Shown here: positions 1 through 13,816 of the stretch, in pieces | Numbering within the stretch: the first letter of the stretch is position 1 | Layout of the letters: every line of letters begins with the position of its first letter | Assembly: GCF_001194135.2 (NCBI RefSeq) | Contig: NC_068983.1 | Location: forward strand, 146,386,551-146,450,550 | Length of the DNA stretch: 64,000 nucleotides | Origin: Octopus bimaculoides | Taxonomy: Eukaryota | Direction: 5' to 3' | Translations under genes and position numbers: made by a program | Notes under the pieces: model-generated | What the model saw: only the letters and a program-made list of their open reading frames with translations | The model's database searches: none | Told to the model about the DNA's origin: nothing

Positions 1-330
1 AATTGTAAAGGTAATTAAAGGATGTGGACATGGATAGAAATGGCATGAAACAAACCAGTTCAAGGAAAAGAGGTTCATATAGCATCACCAGAAAATGCAG
101 AGTAAAGAAACATCATGTTTGTGAGTTAGAAGTTGGTATGTGTTGGTGAATAGCTTCAAACCAATCAGCTGGATGGCCTTTTTGTAAAAGCAGTCCAGGA
201 TGTTCGAATGTATAGCAGCAACACATGTTAGTTGAGGGAGTAGTGTTCCACTATGGATCTTATATCAGTTTTGAAGTTAGTGAAAGTTGGAAGATGAAGT
301 ATTTTATAGCCTTAAAGAGAAAAACCAGAT
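1..330 (-). mobile_element. Decayed CR1/Jockey-group LINE, 3' ORF fragment
   Basis: Minus-strand translation ...IRSIVEHYS...ILDCFYKKAIQLIG...LLTHKHDVSLLCIFW*CY resembles the post-RT region of CR1-like LINEs (IRPxMEYCS...LDRVQRRAIRLIG...LAHRRxVASLxxFYRYY). Contains stops. Confidence 0.45.
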
Positions 331-850
331 CTTAGGATGCAGCTTTTGCTGTTAGAGGATGTGAGATTTGCATGTTGTTGACTGTAGGGAAACTAAATGA
401 GTAAGATCAACATTGCCTTTGTTTGTTAAATTTCTCAAGTAGTTATCTACACCTCTCTAACATTTTTCAAAGTACAGCTAAAAATACAATCTTACAAAAA
501 AACACAAACAATAATAAATGGAGAAAAGAGCAGCAAAATATTAAAATTTGTAGAAATATTTATTATAACAGAATAAGACAGCTGAAAAAAAAATTAAATA
601 AAAAAACACTTCTCATACTGGGACAATGAATACTTCAGAGCAGGAGATGGGGAAGAGGATATGGCAGATTAATTTATAATATCAATTTAAAGATAAAAAA
701 TATGTTTTGTTCATTGTTAATTAGTGACATCAAGAATATTTATCAAAATTTATCAGGGATAGTTGTACAGAATATAATTATTTTCTTTGTTATTTAGATA
801 TTTTTTCTTCTTTCTAGTTTCAGATTCTTTTATGTTTCTCATTAAGAGGC

Positions 851-883
<33 letters not shown>

Positions 884-1001
884 TTCAATCTCGTATCCTT
901 CCATTATTTTTCTGATTTGAGGTTTCAAGAGAAAATTACTTTTTAAAAAAATGAAGTTAATTAATCTAATAAATTATATATACTAAAATGTAAACCTTAT
1001 T

Positions 1002-1003
<2 letters not shown>

Positions 1004-1066
<63 letters not shown>
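1004..1066. repeat. (GA)n microsatellite
   Basis: Direct reading; one interruption. Confidence 0.95.
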
Positions 1067-1067
<1 letters not shown>

Positions 1068-2244
1068 TGAGCAACAACTTTTTAAACAAATAAATAATTG
1101 AAGATGAAAAAAAACAACATTGTAAGATTTAGCAAAATTTCATGAATTATATTTCAAAACAAAACAGGAAATACTTAGGAGAACAAAAGTCTTTGGTAGA
1201 AATAACTGATAATTGCTTTTGAATTAAGATTAAAATGTGAAAGGAAACAGAGTTCTTCCTAATCATAATGCATGGAAGATAGAATGAGCAATTAATGGTA
1301 GGAGCAGAAAAGAAACAACAAAGTTTTCATTAGGAAAAGTGACGTGTGTGAAAATTTTCTAAGCACCGTTTGACAGTTAAACAACAGTGCATGTAGAATG
1401 CATTTTAAAATATAAATTAACAACACCTTATGAGAAGTATGCAAGGCATACTTCTCATACACACACACACACACACACACAAAACGTGTGTGTGCGTGTA
1501 TAAATTAATATCGACAGCTGCGTGCAATGCTTTACCAAAAAGGAAAACTATAGTTGTCACTAAATATGACTAGGGTGTTAGAACACCTACATTGCTAGAA
1601 ATAAGAGCTAAAAAGGTCTAATGCTGAAAATAAGCACATAATTGTATATGTCTCCACTGATGTGGCTACGGAATTGGCTGAAACTGGCTGATCAGAACAG
1701 GGAATTCTTGACTGGTGTTTTCAGGCAATTACAGTCAGTACATATGTAAACAATTATGTGGTTTAGCTACAGCATTAGAGTTTTTTTAGCTTTTNNNNNN
1801 NNNNNNNNNNNNNNNNNNNNNNNNNNNNNNNNNNNNNNNNNNNNNNNNNNNNNNNNNNNNNNNNNNNNNNNNNNNNNNNNNNNNNNNNNNNNNNNNNNNN
1901 NNNNNNNNNNNNNNNNNNNNNNNNNNNNNNNNNNNNNNNNNNNNNNNNNNNNNNNNNNNNNNNNNNNNNNNNNNNNNNNNNNNNNNNNNNNNNNNNNNNN
2001 NNNNNNNNNNNNNNNNNNNNNNNNNNNNNNNNNNNNNNNNNNNNNNNNNNNNNNNNNNNNNNNNNNNNNNNNNNNNNNNNNNNNNNNNNNNNNNNNNNNN
2101 NNNNNNNNNNNNNNNNNNNNNNNNNNNNNNNNNNNNNNNNNNNNNNNNNNNNNNNNNNNNNNNNNNNNNNNNNNNNNNNNNNNNNNNNNNNNNNNNNNNN
2201 NNNNNNNNNNNNNNNNNNNNNNNNNNNNNNNNNNNNNNNNNNNN

Positions 2245-2278
<34 letters not shown>

Positions 2279-3015
2279 AAAAAGACCACTCCACCAAATA
2301 GGAAAAGAATAAAAAGTAAATTGAAATGAAGAAAAACTAGTTAAAATCACTTAGATGCATGCACCCACCCCTACACATATAACAGACACACACATGTATA
2401 TATATAAGTATATATATATATGTACATAGATACATATATATATATACATATTTATACATACATAAGTGTAAACATGTATATATAAATACATATGTACACT
2501 CATATGCATACACACACACACACACACGTAATTGTGTATTGGTGAATTAAATCATTCTTCATATCTAAAAGCTTTTTGTATAGTCAGCTGCATTCATCTT
2601 CAATCTGAAATAACCTTTGAGCATGAGGAAATAATTCAGTTTACCAACAGACAGACTCCACACACTTCTAACACAGGTGTGTATTGAGCACTTTCTACCC
2701 TTACATGAAAATACAAATATTTTTTGTGCACCCCCACTCCCACACATATCTTGTTATTATTATTACTATTATTAATAATCAGTAGGAGTTAGAATGACTC
2801 AAAGGTTGAGAGATTTGTGCATTGGCACCCATGAAATTGGTTTCAAATTACAGCTTTTACATTTATATACACTGGTTAAAATGATAATTACTGATAATTA
2901 TCATCATAAGTGATCTATACACATAATTTGATACCAGTTTGATAAGTTCCAACATACAAAACTCATGGCTATTGAGTTACTCAGTAACTTCTGCTGATTA
3001 ATTATACATATACAT

Positions 3016-3072
<57 letters not shown>

Positions 3073-3292
3073 CTTGCTTGTAAACACAAACACTCGCCAA
3101 TACACACACAATATTCCTATTTCTGTAGTAGATGAATCTTGCATTTTCTCAATGTTTAAAAAATAGACTTATACCAGTAGTAGATATGTGGAGTGAAAAT
3201 TAGCTAGTGTGCTGTCTGAAGTGACACCATTGTCTCCTGTCCCAATTGTTTTATCATTCATACTTTTTTTTTCTCTACAATAACTGCTGAAA

Positions 3293-3374
3293 TCAATAAA
3301 CTGCTTTCACAGCTTTCATGATCAAATTTGTTTGGTCCACAAGATAAGCAGCACTCAAAAATACATCTCGTTTT
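3293..3374 (-). CDS. PDCD10: PDCD10 coding exon 7 (KRDVFLSAAYLVDQTNLIMKAVKAVY*)
   Basis: Long pyrimidine tract ending TTCCAG|, 82 nt ending TGA at 3295-3293, matches [23 protein letters not shown]. Confidence 0.96.
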
Positions 3375-5122
3375 CTGGAAAAGAAAGAAAGAAAAAAAAA
3401 GAAACAAAGGAATTAGCATAAGTTTTATAACTGTTGAAATTGATACATCATAACTATAAATATTTTTTATATGCTGTATAAAAAATGCATGGGCATATTA
3501 AACACACCCCAATTCCAGCATTGCACATTCAGGAAAATATTTTTAAAGTGAATTAAAGCTTATGGGAGGTCCAAATTCACATATAAGACTAGTTGCTTCT
3601 TATATGCCATCAAAAATGCAATTTTTTTCTTATATGCATTTCTGAATGATAGCCTCAGTGAACATGTGTGCTCAAAGGCAGATACAGTTGGCCAATCAAT
3701 GGATCACTACATTTACTATCACTTATTTAGATGTGAAACAAATGTGGTTATTTGAACACTAAACTAAATGCCTTGAGAATGGTAGTTATTAATCATTAAT
3801 CTTCAAGAAAATCTCAGATGTCTTTTGAATATCAGAGGTATCTGCTGAGAGTTATATTCTCCAAACTGCTCATAAGTATCAAACAGATTTTCTTTGAGAC
3901 AACCAACCATAGTTATATTCTAATGCATAGATTGTCTTTGATTCAGATGATTACAATACTGGACAGTAAGGATATGTTCTTTAAATTTTATTACCATTTT
4001 AGAACTCCTCTACTCTGATAGATCATTTCACATCAACTCTGTGATTGATGCAATCATTAAAATCTATTCTTTTCTATCAACATTTCTAGGACACAAACTG
4101 AATGGCATTATATATCCAGATGAAATACTTGAAATAACTTTAATAAACAACTGGCACCCATGTGAGATCCACAAAATACAAAATAAACAGAGTATCAGTG
4201 TCACTCATTTGGGAAGGACACGCACACATCCAAAATGTAAAACGAGGCCATGTGACTGAAATAGTACTCCTCCAAAAACATTTTACAAATTACATAATGT
4301 AGGCTGGGGGTAGTTGTAGCATTACCATAGCAATGTTGCTAGGAATAAGAAGCATGAACTGTTTTTGCAAATTTGAGGTATTTATGATGGCAACATGTTA
4401 TCAGCTTGACAGTAAAAAGCTGTAAATTATTGCAATCATCTGACATTACAAGTTAACTCTGAGACAATAGATCAACATGCTGTCAGCATGAGAGTCCATG
4501 TTGTCCGATCCAAAGTGCCTGCACAATATTGATTATATTCAACATAAACACTGTTGTGTGCCAGCTTGCTTGGACTTATGTAGAGCTAATTTATGGATAT
4601 TTATGTATCATTAATGCTACCTGGGCAATACTCATTCTATGCTTGCTACTGACTCCTTTGATAGAGTAAAGATTTAGTAACCAGGTGATATGCTGGTTAC
4701 AAGGCATGCAGGCAAAGGAAATGAAACATGCCAGGTAATGTGCTAACCTGCTGGACAACACAGGGGAGACAAGACATGAAGGTAATAATGTACAGGCAAT
4801 GAAACATGCCAGGTGATGAGCTGATAACGAAATGCTGAAAAATATGCAGACAAGACATGTCAAGTAATGAGGTGGGTTGCAACTCAGTTGCAATATTTGG
4901 CCATATAGATGTACTTTTGATCTATGTACAAGTTCATTAAGAATATTGATAACAATATCTACTATAATAATACTCTTATGTTTTTCTTTGTCACAACATA
5001 TGAATGAGAAAGGAAGGGGTGATGGATGAATAAGAAAGGAAGGAGTGATGGCAAACTGGTAGTGGGATGGTGAACATTCAATGCTGAAAAGAAAAATCAA
5101 ACAGTGTTTCAACTCTGTGTGA

Positions 5123-5158
<36 letters not shown>

Positions 5159-5810
5159 AAGGGAAGTATGTGAATGTTTGTATGTGTGAACCAGCATTCT
5201 TTCAGTAACAAATACTACAATTAGCCGTCACTTTTGACAGCGTGGGGGGGGGGGGGCTAGTGCATATATAAACACAACTACATTTTATTTTAGATTCTTA
5301 TTGTCGCCATCATCGTACATCCACTTTTCATACTGGCATGGTTTCTCTGACAGGACCCCTATCTAATTCCGATCACTTTACAGAGTGTACTGGGTGCATT
5401 TTATTAAAGTACCAGTACTATAGAGGATGCCATGTCCCTAGGAAGATTAAAGAAACCTGTCTATCCTACATTATCTCTATTCATCTGCCAGCCACTTTGC
5501 TGGGTGTAAAGATGCCTTTTATCAAAGTACCAACATCAGAGAGGTTGTCTTGTCCTCTAAAAGTTGAAAGAGTCCTCTCTATGTTGTTTCAATTTATTGA
5601 CTGCAAACATGATGACTAAGGAGGTGAATAAAAGAGAGAGGGATAACTGAGAGAAAACCAGGGTAATAGGTTGAAGGGAGATGGAGTATGAGTATGTGTG
5701 TAAGAGAGGAAACAGAATGATAGAAATGAGTAGGTGGTAGGGAAGGGGGTAATGCAGGAAATAGTAATATGCAGTAACATGATGTTTTTTTTTCTCTACA
5801 ATCTTCTAAC

Positions 5811-5946
5811 ATCATCATCATCATCATCATCATTTAACGTCCGCTTTCCATGCTAGCATGGGTTGGACGAGTTGACTGAGGACTGGTGAACCAGATGGCT
5901 ACACCAGGCTCCAATCTGATTTGGCAGTTTCTACAGCTGGATGCTC
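5811..5946 (-). mobile_element. RTE-3'-tail / SINE-like repeat ending in (GAT)n
   Basis: CATCAT...TTTAACGTCCGCTTTCCATGCTAGCATGGGTTGGACG motif, near-identical at 8517, 8907, 31500, 38780, 52310, 55965 and 58805, and forming the 3' end of the RTE LINEs in this window. Confidence 0.85.
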
Positions 5947-6364
5947 TTCGTTGAAATTTGTTGAGAACCTTTTACTCAACAGATGATCGGAGAAGATATC
6001 TGTCTTGCAATCATAAAATCTGAAAAACCTTTAAGGCATTTGTAATCTATACCCTACTCTAGATAGGATCTCCCCACTGTGTACCAGCATACACACTTAC
6101 TGGTATGTCTACTCGTACTAACACACACACACACCATTCCTCTGTAACACAAGTGTGCATGTGCATGAGCACACACACAACATTCTGAAGCCCCTCTCCT
6201 CACCCACTATTCTTCAATCCCACACCTTATGAAACTCATAACTCAGGTTCAAATTTATACAATCATTGATAGCAATAATGCCATCCCACTACAACACTTG
6301 CTACCAGCTTACTTTATCTACATACTCTCTGCATAATTTTTCTCACACTTTTCTCTTATTATTG

Positions 6365-6835
6365 TTCTGACAAGCAGGGGAGCTGCACCAGTCTTCAGTC
6401 TGATTTGAATGATTTTCTATGGCTGGATGCCCTTCCTAATGTCAACCACTTTACAGAGTATGCTGAGTGCTTTCATGTGACGCCACATGTGTGCTTTTAC
6501 ATGACATTGCATGGGTGTTTTTATGTGGCATCGCCATGAGTGCTTTTCCCCACCAGTGGACAAGAGGGACAGGTCTTACCACATCTGCTGTAGAGTATGG
6601 GTCTACTTGAGTATAGCAAGGCGCCAGGCATCTCAGCCCTTTGTCATCACACCTGAAAGGTTCAGCGTCCTGTGGTCGTTCTTCAGTACTTAATCTCATG
6701 TCTTCCCAGGTCTCCCACTTCCAAGTGTTCCATCAACTTTGAGAGATCAGCACTTCTTAATAGAACTGTTGACATCCATCTGGATCACATGACCAAACCA
6801 GCACAGTCTCTCTTGCACACAGCAACTAATTCCTC
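6365..6835 (-). mobile_element. Degenerate RTE 3' fragment with tail
   Basis: Reverse complement of the RTE C-terminal region (...CCAGGTCTCCCACTTCCAAGTGTTCCATCAAC...) followed by the shared tail motif GGATGCCCTTCCTAATG. Confidence 0.65.
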
Positions 6836-6844
6836 TTATGTCTA

Positions 6845-7345
6845 GTTACTGTGTAATAACAATAATAGTAATTCTTTCTAATTTTGGCACAAAGGTGACA
6901 ATTCTGAGGGGAGGGAAAAAAATGATTACATCAACCACGGTACTTGACTGGTACTTATTTTATCAACCCAAAAAGGATGAAAGTCCAAGTCAACCTCGGC
7001 AGTATAAAGAGCTAGAAGAAATGTCACTAAAACATAAAGATCCAGAAGACATGTCACTAAGCATTTTTGTCCAGCATTGTAATGACGACAACACCACCAC
7101 CACTTGAGCTCAGAATGTAAAAAGTTGGAGCAAATACTGATAAAAATTTCTTCCAATACTCCAATGATTCTATGAGGAAAAACACGAGAAAATTTTGGGG
7201 AGAAGGAAAGTGGATTTCATCAATTCCAGGACTTGAGTGCTATTCATTTTACTGACCTCAGCAGGATTAAAGGAAAAGTCAAACCTGGCAGGATTTGAAA
7301 TCAGAATGTAAAGAGCCATAACTAAATACTATTAGGCATTTTGTG
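6845..7345 (-). mobile_element. Cluster of degenerate SINE copies (GGCACAAGG...GTACTTATTT...GGATGAAAG...GAACTCAGAA family)
   Basis: Same motif string recurs at 8120-8520, 8720-8900, 46870-47235 and 47780-47880. Confidence 0.65.
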
Positions 7346-8099
7346 TTAATGATTCTAATCCCTGGCAAGATAAAAGGAATAGAGGACATTAACTATGCAC
7401 ATAAACAAACATATAAAAAAAGGAGAGTGAGGAAGGAATAATGGATGCCAGATGTACAAGGAAAGAGTAAGGAAGTTATCGAGTAGTGGGGCGAGTAAAA
7501 GGTTAAAAGGGGTCAGCTATTGTGGTCAAGAGGGGTGTGAAAGTGGCAATGAGGGGGATAATAGAAAGGGTTGACAGGGAATTTCACAGGCAGGGACGGA
7601 GACGGTAGGACAAAAATTAAAACAGAGAAATAACAATAGAACAAAAAATATTTTTTAAACAAAATAATAAAAATAAAAAAGAGGACTAAAAAAAAAATCA
7701 ATAATCAGTGGGCAACTATAAATAATAATGAAGAGTCTAAAATATAAAGTCATGCCATGCATTGTGGTACTGGGGCAATAGTTCTGAAGGTCACCTGGTA
7801 AGTGTTCAAATTGAGCAGAGCAGTCAGTGCAAGTAGGTCAAGAAGAGAGAGAGAGAGAGAGCAAAAGTGGATATATGTTCTTATTGGGAAAAAAGAATGA
7901 AGATGTTAAATTTGTGAATTAGTGATTTGATACATTTACAAATTGGTGAAACTGCTGAATACATACACAGAGCAATGAAATTAATTAATGAAATAGAAAA
8001 ATCAATCAAAAACTAAGGGCTCTAAAGAGGGACCCAAATTAGTACGTTTAGGCAGGTTTGAGTGTAATAAAAAAGTTAAGTGTTAATAGAACAAACATA

Positions 8100-8680
8100 A
8101 ATGGAGTAGGTGTTTGAATAATAATAATGATAATAATAATAATAATAATAATCCTTTCTACTATAGGCACAAGGCCTGAAATTTTGTGGGAGGAATATAG
8201 TTGATTACATCAGCCCCAGTACTCACTTGGTACATATTTCATTGACACTGAAAGGATGAAAAAGCCAAGTCAAACTTGGAGAATTTAAACTCAGATCATA
8301 AAGATGGGCTAAATGCTGCTAAGCATTTTGTCTGGTGTGCTAATGATTCTGCCAGAAATTTTGAGTGGTTTGATGAATTAAATCACCTCCAGCACTTAAC
8401 TGGTACTTTATTTTATTGACTCCAGAGGAATAAAAGGTAAAGTTTATCATGGTAGGGTTTGAACTCAAAATGTAATGAGCTAGAATATGCACCATAAAGC
8501 ATTTTGTCTAGAACTCTCATCATCATCATCATCATCATCATCGTTTAACGTCCGCTTTCCATGCTAGCATGGGTTGGACGATTTGACTGAGGACTGGTGA
8601 AACCAGATGGCTACCCCAGGCTCCAATCTGATTTGGCAGAGTTTCTACAGCTGGATGCCCTTCCTAATGCCAACCACTCC

Positions 8681-8722
<42 letters not shown>

Positions 8723-9245
8723 CCTTTCTGATTTAGACATAATGCCACCAATTTTAAAGGAAGAAAGTTAATTGATACCGCTGACCTCAATACTTGTCTG
8801 GTACTTTAATTTGACCCTAAAGGAATGGCAGGCAAAGTTGACTGTGACCAGGTTTGAACTCAGATTGTAAAGAACTGGAAGAAATACTGTAAACACTTTA
8901 AGTTACTTATCATCATCATCATCATTGTTTAACGTCCGCTTTCCATGCTAGCATGAGTTGGACGATTTGACTGAGGACTGGTGAACCAGATGGCTACCCC
9001 AGGCTCCAATCTGATTTGGCAGAGTTTCTACAGCTGGATGCCCTTCCTAATGCCAACCACTCCGAGAGTGTAGTGGGTGCTTTTACATGCCACCGGCAAG
9101 AAGGCCAGTCAGGCGGTACTGGCAACAGCCACGCTCAAAATGCTGTATTTTACGTGCCACCTGCACAGGAGCCAGTCCAATAGCACTGGCAATGATCTCG
9201 CTTGAATGCCTTTACACGTACCACCAGCACAAGTGCCAGGAAGTC
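8100..9245 (-). mobile_element. Nested SINE / RTE-tail cluster with (AAT)n and (CAT)n tails
   Basis: SINE copies (AATAATCCTTTCTACTATAGGCACAAGGCC...) interleaved with RTE-tail copies at 8517-8681 and 8907-9245. Confidence 0.75.
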
Positions 9246-10022
9246 AACGCAAAAATTATATTGTCTTTAGTAATATTTTTTAGAAATTCCCTAATGCATT
9301 CTACTAAGTTTCAAAAAGACCTTCCTCTCAGTAAGTAAATATTCATTGATGAAATAGCCAAGTGGTAGAGATATTCACTCTGTTCAAGGTCTCTGGTTTC
9401 AAGTAATTTTATTTTTATAAGTTCATGACTCTTTCGCAGACGGGAAAGGAGAGGTGGAAAATATATCTATGTCAGCCAAAATGAACTGGAAAGTGATGCA
9501 ATGTAGAGGAACATCTTGGTACTAAAAGTCTGTCCCTCTAATGTTGATGACACAATAAAAAGTACTCAGTTGATACTGAGAAAAAAGAGGCATTTAAATG
9601 TTAAGAGAGAATGAGAAGGAGAGATAGAAAGAGATTATCTTAAGTAAACCCAACGAAAGAAACCAGTATTAAAGCTGATAGGTGTAGAATCATTTGGACC
9701 ATCAAGGTATAGTTAAGATGCTAAAAAATATTTAGTGAAGTAACACTAGTTATTTACACAGTTTCTGTTAGTTGAGTGACTAAATTAGTAATAGAGAGCA
9801 GGTACTCCAAAGGTATAGTACATAGAGTAAGAATTAGGTGGACAAAAGTTCAAGGGGCTATTATCTCTGCTGGTAATAGCCTCTGGGCACTGAATGTAAA
9901 GGACGTGTGATGGATTTGTAATGTCAGTATCCATGAATGATGGAGCAAAAATGAGCTGAGAGAAAGGAAAATTGGGTATAAGAGAAATCGGAGGCAGTGT
10001 GCAAAAGATAATAAAAACACTA

Positions 10023-11097
10023 TGGTGTGACACTTCTTCACACAGCTATCCTCATCCATTCTCACCACAGGACCATACCAGCGCAGTTGTCTCTCTTGCA
10101 CACCACATCTTATGCTTCTTAGGCCCAACTTTTCTCTCACACTGACATTACACATTCAGCAGAGCAAACTGGCTTAATTCCTTGCAAGCTTACGCATGTT
10201 CTCAGCAGTCATGGCCCATGTTTCACTGCCATGTAGCATGGCTGATCGTACACATGCGTCATACAGTCTACCTTTTACTTTGAGTGAGAGGCCCTTTGTC
10301 ACCAGCAGAAGTAGGAGCTCTCTGAATCTTGCCCAGGTTATTCTTATTGTAGCAGCTACACTTTCAGAGCACCCACCCCCACTACTGACTTGGTCACCTA
10401 GGTAATGAAAGCTATCAACTACTTCTAGTTTTTCTCCCTGGAATGTGGCAGAAGTTGTTCTCTGCACATTTTCAATGTTTATTGCTCCTCAACATGTACC
10501 ACATACAAAAACTAACTTCCTAGTTAGCCTTCCTTTGATATTGCTGCACTTCTTATGTGTCCATAGCTTACACTGGGTACATCTAACAGAGTTTCTACCT
10601 ATGCCTTTTCTACAGATCGAGCAACGCCATTTACCTAAAGGGATTTGTGGTTTGTCTGCCTTCCTGCTTATTAGGACTTTGGTTTTTGCTAGATTGACTC
10701 TAAAGGCCCTTCGTTGCTTCCACACCTGAAACTTCTCTAGTTCTGATAGTGACTCAACAATTAGAGCAAGGTCATTAGCACAGAGTAGCTCTCAGGGGTA
10801 TCCTGTCTTGAATTCCTGTGTTATTGCCTGGATGACTATGATAAATAGGAGGGGGCTGAGGACTGAACCTTGGTGGACTCCTACCTCTACTCGGAATTCT
10901 TCACTGTACTCATTGCCAACCCTCACCTTACTGACAGCGTTCCTGTACATGGCTTGCACAGCTCTCACTAACCATTCATCTATCCCTAGCTTCCTCATTG
11001 ACCACCGGATAAGGGATTGGGGGACCCTGTCAAAGGCTATCGCCATGTCAACGAAAGCCAGGTACAGAGGTTCACCCTCAACCCTTAACTCTCTCGC
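10023..11097 (-). mobile_element. RTE-clade LINE fragment (RT C-terminal half), disrupted
   Basis: ORF pieces LYLAFVDMAIAFDRVP...EVGVHQGSVLSPLLF, VNLAKTKVL, VVDSFHYLGD, KGRLYDACVRSAMLHGSETWA. Confidence 0.92.
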
Positions 11098-11135
11098 ATA
11101 TATATATATATATATAATATACATATGAACAGAGG

Positions 11136-11181
<46 letters not shown>

Positions 11182-11597
11182 CTCCTTCCTTCTTAGGATC
11201 TATATTCATGTAATATCAGTCTTAAAGATATAAATACCATAATCAAACCTGATATCAATTGTTTTGTCCTTTTATACTTTTATTATTTAATGCTTTTACA
11301 TGCTCAATTGATAAACTGTCAACAGCCAATTGTCATTATGTAGCTATAACATCTTTGCTTTTAGTTGCAGTTCAAGTTGGAGTTTTAGGCTTCTAGTCAA
11401 TCTTGAGGACTAATTGTATATACCTATTACTGTATCTCACCAAAGAGATATTACTTCAATTCTGCTCTATGTACATATATGTGTAAAGTCACCATCATCT
11501 TTTAATGTCCGTCTTCCATCTGGCATGTTTGGCTCACTGACAAAACTTTAAATTAAAGAAATAACAATTTAAGCAAATATTAAAAAAATAGACTTAC

Positions 11598-11680
11598 TCA
11601 TTTTCCTTAAAGTAATCTTTTAAAGTTGTGCTGAAGCGTTTAGAATATTTGATAAATTCTTTCTTCCGATGTGCAAGAGT
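11598..11680 (-). CDS. PDCD10: PDCD10 coding exon 6 (TLAHRKKEFIKYSKRFSTTLKDYFKEN)
   Basis: CTTGGCAG| acceptor, GA|GTAAGT donor, 83 nt, matches [20 protein letters not shown]. Confidence 0.97.
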
Positions 11681-13731
11681 CTGCCAAGATATATAAAACA
11701 TTTATTAATACTGTATTTTATAAAATAATAATTAAATTTGATTGAAGGAGTGAGGCATAATTTATATAACAAAGAGTAAACATTCATTCTCTCTCCCATT
11801 TTTTTTCTCTTCATCTGAGAGACTGATGTCATTGAGGCATATTTTCTATGGGTGGATGTCCTTCCTGTTACCAATCCTCATCTGTTTCCAAGAAAGGTAA
11901 TAGTTCCCCAACACTAGACATGTTTTTAAGAAAGATTGGTAATGAACAACATTGCTCGCATGATAAAGATGCTCATTTACAAACCATCACATGACATCAA
12001 GGTAAGGTACACTCCCCATCCCATATATATATATATATATATTTGTCCACGTTAGTGGTCGACGTTATTTTTTAAAATGTACCTTAATCCCCTGAGATTG
12101 CAGATAATATTTCTGAATCTCTTTGATTCTTTAAATGTGCTGGCCCCCTGATAATTAATCGATATTAATTAATATATTAATATATGACTAATTACCAGAT
12201 CTTATAATAATATTTACCCATTACTCATACTGAATATNNNNNNNNNNNNNNNNNNNNNNNNNNNNNNNNNNNNNNNNNNNNNNNNNNNNNNNNNNNNNNN
12301 NNNNNNNNNNNNNNNNNNNNNNNNNNNNNNNNNNNNNNNNNNNNNNNNNNNNNNNNNNNNNNNNNNNNNNNNNNNNNNNNNNNNNNNNNNNNNNNNNNNN
12401 NNNNNNNNNNNNNNNNNNNNNNNNNNNNNNNNNNNNNNNNNNNNNNNNNNNNNNNNNNNNNNNNNNNNNNNNNNNNNNNNNNNNNNNNNNNNNNNNNNNN
12501 NNNNNNNNNNNNNNNNNNNNNNNNNNNNNNNNNNNNNNNNNNNNNNNNNNNNNNNNNNNNNNNNNNNNNNNNNNNNNNNNNNNNNNNNNNNNNNNNNNNN
12601 NNNNNNNNNNNNNNNNNNNNNNNNNNNNNNNNNNNNNNNNNNNNNNNNNNNNNNNNNNNNNNNNNNNNNNNNNNNNNNNNNNNNNNNNNNNNNNNNNNNN
12701 NNNNNNNNNNNNNNNNNNNNNNNNNNNNNNNNNNNNNNNNNNNNNNNNNNNNNNNNNNNNNNNNNNNNNNNNNNNNNNNNNNNNNNNNNNNNNNNNNNNN
12801 NNNNNNNNNNNNNNNNNNNNNNNNNNNNNNNNNNNNNNNNNNNNNNNNNNNNNNNNNNNNNNNNNNNNNNNNNNNNNNNNNNNNNNNNNNNNNNNNNNNN
12901 NNNNNNNNNNNNNNNNNNNNNNNNNNNNNNNNNNNNNNNNNNNNNNNNNNNNNNNNNNNNNNNNNNNNNNNNNNNNNNNNNNNNNNNNNNNNNNNNNNNN
13001 NNNNNNNNNNNNNNNNNNNNNNNNNNNNNNNNNNNNNNNNNNNNNNNNNNNNNNNNNNNNNNNNNNNNNNNNNNNNNNNNNNNNNNNNNNNNNNNNNNNN
13101 NNNNNNNNNNNNNNNNNNNNNNNNNNNNNNNNNNNNNNNNNNNNNNNNNNNNNNNNNNNNNNNNNNNNNNNNNNNNNNNNTATATATTTAATACTGTGAA
13201 ACTTAATTTAATTTTAATTTTTAATAAATTGATTTTAATTGGGTTTTTACCTGTAAATTTGGATTTTTATCCCTAATATTATTATATATATATGTCTTTA
13301 TGTCAACTTAACATATTTTGTTAAAACACCAAGTACTGCATTATTTACCTATAATGCAGTATTCGGTGTTCTAAACACCTAAGTTAAGATGGACATAAAG
13401 ATTGCCTTTTGGTAATAATACTGCTTCTGTTGCTATCAGTTATAAATATATAAATATGTGTCTGTGTGTGAAAGTTTATATTTATATGTTTAATGTTACT
13501 TCATGTAAATGAAATATTACAATAAGTTATATGTTGAAAGAGCTCATAATGAATAAGATCACATTTAAAAAATTTGGACTATCAGCTGAAAAAAGCTGGG
13601 AAGAAAAGAAGAAAAGACATTCAGACGGTGATAACTCATTATCATGTAGTTGTAAAGCTGAGGTTTGTTATTACATTGTGGATGCTTTTATACATAGTGC
13701 AGTAATGTTATTTATGTTAATATCTACATAC

Positions 13732-13816
13732 CTGTTTTCCATCTGGTCTCAGTACTTCATTGGCAGTAACTTGATTTACTGAATCCAACAACAGACGAAT
13801 TGCATTAGCAATGTCT
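13732..13816 (-). CDS. PDCD10: PDCD10 coding exon 5 (DIANAIRLLLDSVNQVTANEVLRPDGKQ)
   Basis: Pyrimidine tract ending CCAG|, CAG|GTATGT donor, 85 nt, matches DIASAIKELLDTVN. Confidence 0.96.

Noticed and set aside
9440-9506. Possible + strand terminal exon (RERRGGKYIYVSQNELESDAM*, AATAAA at 9554)
   Set aside because: No partner exons or recognisable family; the acceptor is modest and the upstream sequence looks like a decayed SINE head.
13531-13782. 83-aa + strand ORF
   Set aside because: It overlaps PDCD10 exon 5 antisense and has no recognisable domain.
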